NCBI GenBank assembly: GCA_038496445.1 | Contig: JALMLS010000225.1 | Location: 1 to 64,000, forward strand | Length of the DNA: 64,000 bases | Direction: 5' to 3' | From: Trichosphaerium sp. ATCC 40318 | Taxonomy: Eukaryota; Protista; Tubulinea | In this document: piece after piece, positions 50,973-62,815 of the stretch | Layout: every line of letters begins with the position of its first letter | Numbering within the stretch: the first letter of the stretch is position 1 | Notes under the pieces: model-generated | Told to the model about the DNA's origin: nothing | Seen by the model: the letters and a program-made list of their open reading frames with translations, nothing else | Database searches by the model: none | Program-made: the position numbers and the translations under genes

Positions 50973-51798
50973 TGTATATGTTTCGACAAAGTTGTTAATT
51001 CCGGTACGTATTTATGTTAAAGTGTTTCAGAAAAATTCTGAAAACTTTCCATTAAAAGGAACTATTGCAAGGCTCACTTAAGAAGAGCAAAACATACCTT
51101 AAACGCACATCCAATTGGGGCAAATGTAGTAATAATTAGAGCATGTGTTCAAATAGTCAGTTGAAAGAGACATGCAGAGGAAATTAGAATGCAATCAATC
51201 CGTTGTAACTAAAATTGAACTCATACACGATGGGCACCCAGAGTACGTTGTTAATCAAAATAATAGCTAGGTACATTAGCATGTTCATACATGAGGTTCA
51301 TGGAATACGAAGATAATCCTAATTAACTTTAAACTACTTTTTAAATCCTGATTAGTAGCAATTATGTACTACCGAATCTGATGACCAACTTCAACATATC
51401 AGCTGAAAATTGAGATTTGTATTTTCCAGTACTTGCGCGTGTCTTACTGCAGTGATTCAATGTTGCAACTTTTACCCCAAAAACAAACTAAACGAGCCTT
51501 TACCATAAACAACTATCTACTGAGGTATACAGCTAAAACTTGACTGCGAAATCTCCATTTTTCTTTCATCTTTCCAGTCTCAGAAACAAACCGCCTAATA
51601 CCATGTTTAGCAGTTGCCAAGCAAAAAACAAGTATAGGAGCACGTGTCTGAAAAATAAAAGAAAAACTCAAAAAAAATTAATAAGTCTTTATTACATGCC
51701 ACCAATAACAATAAGAATAATCGTTACAGTGTTGAGGTTTTAACTACAAATGCGAATAATACATGAGAGATTAAGAAAAACCAACCACCTCCTCGGTC

Positions 51799-54559
51799 TT
51801 AATGATGAGGTGGTTGTGATTGAGATTCTTCTGGACCATCACGCCTATTCCTATGAAGAAATTCTCTAAAAGTTCTTCGCTCTGTATCACTTTTATCTCT
51901 TTTCTTGTCCTTTCTATTATTCCGTTTTTTGCTCTTCTTGTTTGATTTAGAAGTCTCACTGATTTCTTCACCTAGGATGAAAAAAAACATGTTAATGAAA
52001 TAAACTGAACACGTGACACAAGTTTTGAAGAAAAAAAAAACACGTGTGCACAGAAATAAGTCTTTTTTTTTTCTTCAAAACGTTTTGTGTTGTTATTTCT
52101 TTTCTTACTATCTTCGACATTACCAACAACATCATCGCTACTTCCTTTTCTTTGAGGTGTTAAAAGATCCTTTGAACTATCTCTATCTTCGTGATCACCA
52201 TATGTTTGCTGGAAACTATCCCAATTGCTTTTTCTCTCTGACTAAAAAAAAGGTCAAAAACCAAACATCAAAAAAAGCGTTCCCACAACATGACTCATGC
52301 ATAAAAATACGTGGAGTAAAAACACTGCAAGCAATTACGTCATAAACCCATTCCAACTTGTTGTTGCCCAAAAAATAGCGTGGCAGGTGGTATTGAGATT
52401 CTGGTGTCGGAACGAGTTTTCACCAATTTTTTTGTACGTACATCAACTAAAGCTCTTTCCGATTTCTTTCTAGCTCGCTTCCATCTCTTATTACTGTTTG
52501 ATCCTTCTGATACATCAGAAGAGTCCCTTAGTGATGCGACCTCAACGCCAGGAACATTAGCAACATGTGCAACAGCAACTTTTGTTTTACTAACAGTGTC
52601 CTAATAGTATTTTTTTTAACACAAATCAGAGCCTACCAAGTAACATTTAACATACCGGTGTTGGAGGTTCCATCTTTGGACACCCCGGACATGTGAAATA
52701 CCTTCTATTTGGTCGAACAAATCTCTCAATGAGCGCTGGGCAGTAAATTAATAAATTTGAAGAGAAATCAGCTTTGAAATGACGAAAGGTTGACGTACAT
52801 GTATTCAAACGGCTTTCTACTACATCAGTGATTTTACCTTTCATCACTTTAAGTCCCTTAGGGAACGTCACTTCGAATTTCGTTGTTGGCGCTTCATAAA
52901 ATGATAAAGAAAATCTCTCAGCAGGAAACTGCGGCATTCGAAGCTGACACTTTGCTGAAAATTGCTCTATCGTTATACCAATACGTGCTGGGAATGTCGT
53001 GAGTCCCAAGTTTATTACAGCTTCTAAACATAATGATGCATCACCATCACGATAATCAATCGTAAAATCGAGAATCTGAAAAAATGAGTAAGACACATGA
53101 TTTTGATGAAAAAATGTTAAAATGAGTTTAGACAAATTGAAGGGAACACGTACCATTTCTCCTTCTGATGAAGGTATGATCTTAAAATCACCTACTATAG
53201 GTGGCTTATTACCGAATTTAAGGTTTACTATAACCACATTTGTCTAAAAAATGACGTTAGTCTCAAAACAAAAAAAAAAAAAAAAAAAAAAATTCTGTCA
53301 ACAAAGTGTCATTTCGCTCCAATTTTTGTTTTTGATCACGTACTAATACGCCATCCAAGTGCTTTTCATCTACCTTTTCACCAAGGCGTAGAGCAATATG
53401 ATTAGCTACTTTTTCTACAATGTTTTCTTGATCTCTCAGATTCTTAAAAAATCTACTAATTACGAAATTTAACCATGTGGCGCTTTCTACGGATGGTGGA
53501 TCATATGCAAGACCCGCTGGCATTTTCTAGTATATATTAGACGTTATAATAGAAACGCCAAGAAGACCAAGCGAAATAGATTGGTAAAAAAATGCCAAAA
53601 AAAAAATGCCCAATACTGCCGATGTCTAGTTCATCCTACGTACCATCATAGCAGCCTTAGCTGTAGCTCCTGTGTCAAGTGTACATATTCCGGCTGATAC
53701 CAATGTATGCATCCACCTGTAGAAGCATGAGAGGCGAGATGAGAAAAACAAAAAAAAGAAAACAACTAATTAGTCCGATAAATGATCAGAAAAAAACGCG
53801 TTCATTTAATGTACCTGTTTCTGTCCTTGTCACTGTTAAAGCTAAGATACATGTAATCATGACGATACACGATTTTACGTTTTGGATGCATCAATTCAAA
53901 TGCGTGTTTAATATCATAGCTATACGTGGTATTTGAGCGATGATTATCGATAGCGGGCAAATAAGAGAAATATTTTCACGTACTATTTTTCTTCAACCTG
54001 ACGTATCATAGTGTCTTTGAGGAACACTACACTCTCGTTGGCGTGTATCTAGGTTAATTTTAACTGACATCTAGGAAATTTTGAGCGCACGCCACCCTTT
54101 ACGGCTTTAATAGTGCCGAGTCCTTTTTGGATGTATAGTCGATCACCTAGGACGTAACAATACCGTTTTCTTCGGTATCGTTTCTTTCCACCCAGCTGAA
54201 AATGAACAAATCCAGCCAAATCCTTCGTTTGTTCCAATAACTTAGGCTAATAACAACATTACGGGTATTGTTAAATAAAAAGGACTGCATACGTCAACGT
54301 CTTGTTTGTAAAGGTCTGTATCCTCCTTTGTGGTAACAGCGCCGATATCTTTTTCGTTTTTGAAGGCCGCTTTGAACCGCTTGTAAATATAATACACTAT
54401 ACCGGCTTCAACGCCCAAAGTGAGTACTATGCCGAATAGTATACCCAAAAAGGATGAAAGGGACAAAAAATACTGCGTGAGCCATCTCAAGCTCATACAG
54501 CCTGTGAATACCACCGAAGCGGCAGCTACATAGCGCCAGAGAAAGCTTAGATCGTCCAT
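51799..54559 (-). CDS. TM-PH-SMP (TULIP) lipid-transfer protein, TEX2/Nvj2-like (multi-exon)
   Basis: N-terminal TM hairpin; PH-like AGFVHF...KRYCYVLGDRLYI; SMP signature ESATWLNFVISRFF, LKFGNKPP, DFTIDYRDG, IERFVRPN. Confidence 0.82.
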
Positions 54560-55190
54560 GAATTACCAAAGGCCTGTTGAGCTAGAACGCATGAATAGAA
54601 CGAAAGAAATAGTCAGACTTTTTTTAATGCTCTCAGCACGCTGAAAGCGTACGTATTGGCGCATTTACGCGTCAATGTGTATGTTGTGTCTCATTTCACT
54701 GCAAATAAGGTTAAAATGTCATCTGTATTATTTCAAAAACCGTTAACGTACGCCCCCATGCTGAAGATGTCTATGTCAATTTGCACAACATATATGACGT
54801 TGTACTCTGCTTTTAAGCTGTGTTAACTGAAATATGGAAGCGTAGTTTAACCCAAAGTCATCAGGCTACAACAATCAACGATCTTTCGTGGTATAAAGTA
54901 GTTATAGAGTAAAGTAGTCCGCTACAAAAAATAAAACACCAGCAAGCGTTCGCAAAACTCCTTTATTTGGTTTGACGCTGTTCTGGGCAATCTTTTTCGG
55001 ATATTAGAATGATAGCGTTCCTAGCAATCCCAAAGTTAAAATCACCGTCTAATTGAGATGTCAACGCTTACCATCAATTTTCGTACAATATACGCCCGAC
55101 ATGTATTTGTGAACGTACAACGGAACCTCCTTAAAAATACACCAAGTTTCTTAAACAGAAGTTTTTAAATTCTCCTTTAGTATTGTGGCA

Positions 55191-57446
55191 ATGGCTTGTC
55201 CGTATATCAATTTGAATAAGAGTGTGGACGTCGATGGTACGTTTCATACCCCTACTACCAAAATAATAGCGCGGCTATACTTGGGCGCGCTTAGTACCAA
55301 TAGAAACCTCTGTTGGGACACATTCGTAGCGTTTCCGGGTTGCTGCGTGCAATTTACCTTTCTGTTGTCGCCGGCCTTTAAACTATTGCAAACTCATAGA
55401 ACATACGTAGGTCTATCACCTAATAGCACCATACGCTCGTTGATCAAAAGGATTACAAAGTACCTGCAAATAAAAAACTACTCAGATGTAGTGGATTCAG
55501 TGGTAGCAACTCTTGAAAAGAATTGCTTGTGCAGAATTTGGCACCTGAACCGGTATGACGCGTCGATCCTTTTTTGTCAAAAAACCGCCATTGGCGTTTA
55601 ATATCGCTCGCAAACTAACCTTAAAACAGACTGGATGAACTAGAGCACTTGAGACGCTTGAATTTACCATTACTAATAGAACGTGAGCTTATATTCTGTG
55701 TCAAGACATTAGCAAAGAAACAAGACCCTCAGGATAGTGTCAGGCTATGGGATGAAAGGTATGTAATGATAAATCGCATTAAATAAGAACAGCGAGAAAA
55801 ATATTACTCCGCTCTCTCAAAACTAATTCACAATAGTAGCGTTGCTTCCGGTGGTGAGAGTGAAGAAGTTTTGATTCACGTTACACCCCGACAAAAAGAG
55901 CTTGTACTAAAATGCTGGAAAGTGCTGGTACAACAAAACGAGACGGCTGGTGGAATGACTAAGCTAGCACAATTTACAAAGTAAGTAGTGCTGTAGTGTA
56001 TCTCGAAAGAAAATGGTTTCAAAGGGAACCATACGCCCAAAAAAAACCCACACGTGCACGAAACGTTGTGGATTTTTATTCAGGCTTTTCTTTCCTGTTT
56101 GTTTGATGCTTCGTATTAATTTTGTTTTTCTTTTTTTCAGAAATTTATACAAGACAATGTTTGAGAGAGAACCTATGGTAAAGAGATTATTTGGATCTTG
56201 CGATATACGAGAATTAGCTACGAGTTTCGGCAAAATGATAGGTACGTTTTACTTGTCACATGGTTTGAAAACTTTTTTTTTTTCAATTCACTCCTGATAG
56301 CTTTGTGTATTTACTTATTTTTTTGAATTTAGGCATGTTAATACGTGCTTTGCATGATCCTGAAAAGTTTAAAGAAATTGCTATCGACCTAGGTACGATT
56401 GAATGGCTGTTTTTTATTATTTGTTTTTAGCTCTTCGCTGTACCTCGTTTTTGTGTTTACATTACTAGGTGTACGTCATCAAGTTTACGGTATACAACAG
56501 GAACATTTTGAGTGCATGGCGCTAGCATACAGTACTGCTTTGCAGCAAACTCTTGGCAAATCTATTGCACGTTATTTGTAGTTTTTAAATTTGTTTTGGG
56601 TTTTATTTACGATCGTTATTTTTCTGATGGTTAGCGTAGTGCACAACCGAAGTAAAACATTCATGGGAGGCACTTTTTAAATGGGCGTCTCAAGTAATGT
56701 TAGACGCGATGAAAAAATCTACTGGAGGTATTTAGAGGATCAACATAACGGTTTTTTTCGATTGATTGAAAATAAATTAGGTTTCAGTGGAGACCTTCGG
56801 GTACTTGTATCTGGGCGCTGGAAATCGTACTGGGGACAACTTACAAACTACAGATTGGTTTTTTATAAATCAAAGGCAAGCCAAAGACTCTAAAAATCAC
56901 CAAGAGCATTTCTTTAATACTGTTGGAAAAAAAAACTGACAAAAAACGCGGTTTAGAAAGACGTTGAGACAAAAGTTGAAGTATTAATGAAAAATGTCTC
57001 AGATGTCCTCGAAAATATACCTATAGGTGTTGACACATGTGGTGTACCAAGGTAAATATTCTACTTTTAACGTTAAACTCCAAAAAAATAAGTAAAAACA
57101 AAACCCTATCCTCAACTAAAATCCAAAAAATAGTGAATGGTGTTTCGGCCTTCAAGAGGAGACAAATGATAAAACTATATTATTGAGTGTAAAATCAGAA
57201 GTTATAAAACAAGAGTGGCTAAGAGAAATAGATGTTCGCGTCATCGCGAACCAACGTGCAGCAATGATGGTACACCTAAAAAAAAAACTCCACCCGAACT
57301 ATTGATCTTCCTTTTTTTACTTCATGTCGTTTTCGACTATTCTTACGCTTCTTATTTAGAGCTACTCCGAAGCTGGCTCAAGTGACCTAAGTGGTAAAAA
57401 GAGTAAATTATTAAACAGGTGGTTACGTAGGATGGGTGATTTTTAG
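55191..57446 (+). CDS. Globin-domain plus PH-domain fusion protein (multi-exon)
   Basis: Globin: VTPRQKELVLKCW...LYKTMFEREPMVKRLF...DLGVRHQVYGIQQEHF...VKHSW; PH: GRWKSYWGQLTNYRLVFYKSK...WCFGL...KQEWLREI. Confidence 0.8.
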
Positions 57447-57811
57447 GGGAAAGGTGAATACTGCTAGGCTTGGTTTTGGTGTAAGCTAAACATTCCAGAA
57501 TTTCTATCAATTGATTCCGTAAGAACGCTCCTACAAAAGTTGTAAAATTAAAAATAAAACTGTACAATTATCACGCTCAAAACAAAGAGAAGATTATGAA
57601 TGATGAGTTTGTTCATAGTAATGCATTTATTAAAAATAGGTTGGTACACGTGATGAAATACAAATCACAATAAAAACTAAAAATGCAAAAAAATTAATGG
57701 TTATTTTAACACAGAAGGCAAGAGGTTTGAAAACGAGTCTTGGGAGAGCTTTCAAGAAATACATTGAGCCTAACCCGTGTAGGTCCTTGAGTGTCAATTA
57801 TTAAGTTGTTG

Positions 57812-58690
57812 TCAATTCTCATCATAACGTAGTGATTCTGGTATTAATTCTCCATTGTTGTACCAAACATCATAATGTCCCTCTCGTTTACCATTCACAT
57901 AATGAGAGAGCTCTGCTAATATCCCGTTTTCATGCCAGTTCTTTACCTCTCCTTCCAGTTTATCATTAACATAGTGATAACTTTTAATTAATTGACCCTT
58001 CTCATTCCACTGTCTGTACTCCCCTTCGAGTTTATCGTTCATATAATGGCACTTGATGTAGCACCCTGGCGTGAATTTTACAAGCCATATCTCATGTGTT
58101 CCTTCTTTTTTATCATCGACATAATTACGTATTTCGTGTAACTGTCCATTTCCATACCACTTTTTGTACTCGCCTTGTTTTTTGCCATTGATATGATTAC
58201 ACAGTTCCTCTAACTGTCCGTTTTTATGCCAACTCTTATACTCTCCTTCAGCTTTACCATTCATATACGTAGCTTGACGCAATATACTACCATCAGGTCT
58301 GTATCGCTTGCATTCTCCATGTCTTAAACCATCCTGATACATTATTTTACAATCAACATTGCCATTTTTGTGCCATGATGTAAATAAGCCATGCTCTTTA
58401 CCATCTTTGTTGTAAAACACCGAATACTTTTCACCGCTGTTGTACCACATTTCGCAAGTACCATTATTGCGCCAATGCCTCTTAACTCTTCCATTGTTGT
58501 GCCAGGAGATCCATAGACCCTTTTTACCCATTGTTTCAGTAAAATGTGTGCGTACTGCTACTGTTCGCGACAGAGTGTGCCTATAAACATACTTAAAAGG
58601 GGTCATCGGTATTTAAACGCACAGTTTCGTAAAAGATTCAGCAGTAAACTCGCTAATGTAGCATAGAGTTTCTGTAGGGAGTGAGAGCAT
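57812..58690 (-). pseudogene. Intronless F-box-like / MORN-variant (YwqK-like) repeat gene with an in-frame stop after the F-box
   Basis: ATG 58690 gives MLSLPTETLCYISEF...CV*IPMTPF (TAA 58613-58615), in frame with the 264-aa MORN ORF (GKxEGEYKxWxxNGQL repeats). Confidence 0.75.
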
Positions 58691-59064
58691 GTTACAAGTA
58701 TTATTTTTGCTCGCTCCTAAAAACCTTAATTAACTTATTAAGGAAGGTTTTGCATGACAGTTGTTTAGTCTAACTAGCAAGTAGGCCTCAAAGTGCACTA
58801 ATGCTTATTCAAGTGGTGCTCTGCGTACCCTGCAGAAGTATTAGCCTAAGCTCAAAAGTGCAGCTAGGCCGGTTAGTGAAGAGAACAAATATTCACGTGG
58901 TTTGCTTAGTTGGAAGTAGGCTTTCGGAAATTATAGGCATTAAAGAAACAACACAAATCTTATTCACAATACAAGTGTATTTACTAGCAGTAAAGAAGAC
59001 AAGGAATGCAGAATGATTGGTATTTATTGAAGTAATGTTGCGGGCGAGGGGTACCATTGTGACT

Positions 59065-61000
59065 TTACTTGGCAAACTGCGAGATAATTTCATACAGTGC
59101 GCTAGTTACCTTGCGTATTTCAGACCATTCTTTCTTATTGTCGGATCCAGGTGTGGTGGTCTTTAGTCTAGCTAATAACTTCTTCATTTGCAAGTTGTAG
59201 TTATCGTGAGAAGGGGTGGCGTTGAGGAGTGTTAAGATTTCAGAGCATGTTTTACGAATTAAGTCCCATTCCTTCTTGTTATCGCTTCCTGGTTTGGTGT
59301 TGTTGAATTGCTCTACTATGCTCTTGAACTTGAATTGGTCATTCGTGTTGTCTTCAAGAGAAAGGACACGCTCGCGTATCTAGAGACGAAGAATAAGCAC
59401 AACATCTTGAGCTTGTTTTGCTTTTTTTTTGACATACAGCGTCCCACTCTCGCTTGTTATCACTGCTAGGTTTGATCGTCTTTAAACAATTGAAGAGCTG
59501 ATTGAGACCAAGAACAACACCATCGTTTATCACCAAGTAAACAATAGGGACCTCTGAGGTTGAGTCCGTGATACCACCAAGGTAAGCCGGCATTCCTACA
59601 GTTGAAGACAAAGTGAGACAACAAATAGTATTTGTAACACGTGCAGTGTGCTTGCTTCTATTTTTTCAACCAAGGGCGTACCAGCACATTGAACCTTGAT
59701 TTGGTACATCTTGGCTGTTGCTCCAGGTACAACTGTAACATTGAATGTCTTCTTTTGAAGAACCTAAGCAGTTTCGTTAGTCTTTCTCGCCTATCAACTT
59801 TCCCGTTTTTGGCCAGTACCTCAGTTGTTTGTTCCATAGTAGTCTCGGAAAAGAATCTAGCCATAAACGAAGTATCCACGGAACCTTGATTTGGTGATAT
59901 AGCACTGCCAACAAGAACGCTCGTGGATACAGTGAGAGTGTATTCATTTGAGAAAAGCTGCTTCTTGTATGTCGTTATTTTTTGTTCGTATGTTTCTTCG
60001 TATGTCATATCAGCATCTCCAGGATTTGTGAAGCTGAAGATGAGTTCGTAAGAGTAGGTGCAAAGCATGTTGAGATGACTGAGAGATAATTTTAAAAAAA
60101 AACGTTTTTGTGACCTGTTTGTGAACACGTTTCACTAGCACACAATGGATGCTCTTTCACAATTTGTAAACCTACAATATTTTGCAACAAAGTCTTCCGG
60201 TGACCTGGTCTGCAGAACACTCACATTCCTTTCAATAAAATAAAAAGAATCATATAACCGACATTAACATAATAAATTAACCGACACAACGTAATAAATT
60301 AACCGGCTTCTAAAACATCAAACCAAGGGATTCAATACAACAGTCTTACAATAAGTAATACTAACAATCACAATATCGACTACCTCCCGTGGAGATTCTG
60401 TTTTGAATTCAACGAAAGGATGATTTGGAATGTGTGAAAGAGAGCGAAAAACCTGTAACTGAAAAAAAAACTAAGAAATAGAGACTATTTTAACTAAGAA
60501 AACTGTCAGTCATCAATCTGAAGGTTACAATGCTTATCACTGGAGACGGATACTGGAACCATATTACACCTGGAAAAAGATTCGTAGCTATAATTTCATG
60601 GTGTATCTCAACGGACATTGATCCCGTGCACAGTAGGTATTGCCATTGTTTTGTTTTAACTACAAGTCACGTTGTATAGATTGTAATTGAGTTGTAATAC
60701 GTTGTAGTGATTACCGACACTGTCTTAATACATCAGGTTTAGCATGTGTATTTCATAGCTATTTTACCTTTTTTCAAAGCGTTGAAAGGTATTCTCATCA
60801 AAAATCAACGTTGCTTTCTCTGTTTTTTGTATTGAAATGAAATTGAGTTTACGGAGATTTGATTAGGTATCTCTTTGAAAACTGTTAACAACCATTTATC
60901 ACATGTTAATACCGAGTCTGTAAGGTTCCAAGAGATAACGTATACGAGATTGTCTCACATCATTTTCGAAAGTTATCATGACCTTTTTGCGGATTAGGCT
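59065..61000 (-). CDS. Hypothetical multi-exon protein with three C-terminal P(G/S)SDNK(K/R)EW repeats (start uncertain)
   Basis: Spliced exons give KPSSDNKREWDAIR, KPGSDNKKEWDLIR and TPGSDNKKEWSEIR; upstream exons include track ORF 59658-60128. Confidence 0.5.
60255..60306. repeat. Short tandem repeat of about 22-23 nt (about 2.3 copies), intronic
   Basis: taaccgacattaacataataaat / taaccgacacaacgtaataaat / taaccgg. Confidence 0.6.
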
Positions 61001-61240
61001 ACGTCCTCCAGCCTATCCTTTTCTTTGTTTTGTTACAAAAGCTGGTTTATCACATGCTTCAAAAGGCCATCTCTTTTTGGAAAAAAGGTTTTCAACAGCA
61101 TGCTTGAAGCTTTCAACACTGCTTTATTTACACAACCTATACTGTCCACAGTTGGTGAGAGAAATATATTAACTTACTAAACGTCTAGAGTCATTTTAAT
61201 ACGAGCTCCTGGTCACAAGCTGGCTTGCTTTAAGATCGAT

Positions 61241-62161
61241 TTATTTTGTCGTTATGTCACATACTTTTTTATCATCAACGAACATACACTGTTTGCATAA
61301 AACTCCAGTTTTATCCCACCTTTTGTACTCACCATTTTTCTTATTGTCTATGTACGGGCATTGTAACTTTAATTGTCCATTGTCATACCAAAATGTCTGA
61401 ACTCCGTTTTTCTTACCATCAACATAGTCAGTTATTTCCCAGATTCGTCCATTATGAAACCAGGATTTATCCTCACCAACTTTCTTACCCTCAACATACT
61501 TACACTGTTCCCTGATTTGTCCAGTATTATACCACGCTTTACAGTCACCAGATTTCTTACCATCAACATAGACCTCATGTGAAATCAGTTGTTGTCCTTT
61601 GTAACTCCACCGCTTGCAATCACCATTTTTCTTGTTATTGGCGTACATTGTATAAGAGCTGAGTCGTCCGTCGTGCTCCCAGATTTTTGTTTCACCATTT
61701 TTCTTACCATTTACAAATGTATGTTCAAATTTAAGTTGTCCACTAGGGTACCAGTCTTTGTACTTACCATTTGCCTTACCATCAATATAGTTGCATTGTA
61801 CTCTTAACTTTCCGTTATTGTACCATCCCGTTAATTCGCCGTTCAGCTTGCCATCGTTGTATGTGCAAAACTCCTTGGGCTGTTCATCCATATACCACAA
61901 TTTGAAGTCTCCACTCTTTCTACCATCAACCAAGTTGCATTGTGTTTTGATACAGCCATTTTTGTACCAAGTCTTCCAAATACCATTTCTTCTAAGGTCG
62001 GAATTGTAATGCGTGTTGATTGCAGCTTGTTTCGATACAATATGAAACTTATTAAATATTTCAGCATCAAATGTACACAGGTAGCGTTGAATATCACGTG
62101 GAATATCTATTATCGTGAGTCGTTTAATATTGTCAAGACGTTGATTTGGCGATATTTGCAT
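61241..62161 (-). CDS. Intronless F-box-like / MORN-variant (YwqK-like) repeat protein
   Basis: 306-aa ORF; IIDIPRDIQRYLCTFD...FHIVSK then about 10 24-aa units YxDGKKNGxxKxWYxNGQL. Confidence 0.88.
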   Translation of the reverse strand: MQISPNQRLDNIKRLTIIDIPRDIQRYLCTFDAEIFNKFHIVSKQAAINTHYNSDLRRNGIWKTWYKNGCIKTQCNLVDGRKSGDFKLWYMDEQPKEFCTYNDGKLNGELTGWYNNGKLRVQCNYIDGKANGKYKDWYPSGQLKFEHTFVNGKKNGETKIWEHDGRLSSYTMYANNKKNGDCKRWSYKGQQLISHEVYVDGKKSGDCKAWYNTGQIREQCKYVEGKKVGEDKSWFHNGRIWEITDYVDGKKNGVQTFWYDNGQLKLQCPYIDNKKNGEYKRWDKTGVLCKQCMFVDDKKVCDITTK

Positions 62162-62815
62162 GGTTGATAGCTCTAAATTTACTGGTAATGCGATGAGGTA
62201 GTTATAAATATAATATTTAGTTTGTCAAACAAGCGACGGTAAACAAGTCAAATACAGCGGTATTAATACAAATGATATTGCCACGTGATTAATCCTGGAG
62301 GAGATAAGACCACTTTTGACTGTAAACGAGTCAACGGTTGCAATCTGATGTTTTGATTTGCAAGGAAGAACACGTGGTTATATGGATGTAGTAGGAAATA
62401 TCTAGCGCCGTTTTTGGGACACTATTGTTCTTCGCGAATGTTGAAATTGAATTCGGAATCAATTGAATCATCAAGATGATTGATTTCGTCACAAATCCAT
62501 ATCTGTTACGCTCAGCGATCTAGATACTACCGTTATTTAGTACATCATGTTTTAAAGATTAACGTTGCAGTTTTCGGCGTTACATAGTACGGCTTTGTAC
62601 AAAACACGAAAAATCGTTTTGAACGTTGATGACTTTCCGGCTAACATAAACATAGACTCAAGTAAACAACTAGGCGAAGAGCGTATCAAATATTATTAAC
62701 CAGGTGCGTGTAGGTTTTTCTTTACTTATCTTTTAAAGATTGCTAAATGTAGCAAACTGAAATACGTTCTAATAAAGCGTTGTAGTCACCCTGTAGCGTG
62801 TAATACAGAAATAAG

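Noticed and set aside
58613-58615. Stop-codon reassignment (TAA read as sense)
   Set aside because: TAA, TAG and TGA all terminate well-conserved genes here (7065, 16454, 9152), and conserved exons lack in-frame stops.
31216-62167. Numerous short antisense ORFs (e.g. 31216-31566, 35835-36101, 41652-41999, 61246-62167)
   Set aside because: Shadow frames of real genes on the opposite strand, with no independent motifs.
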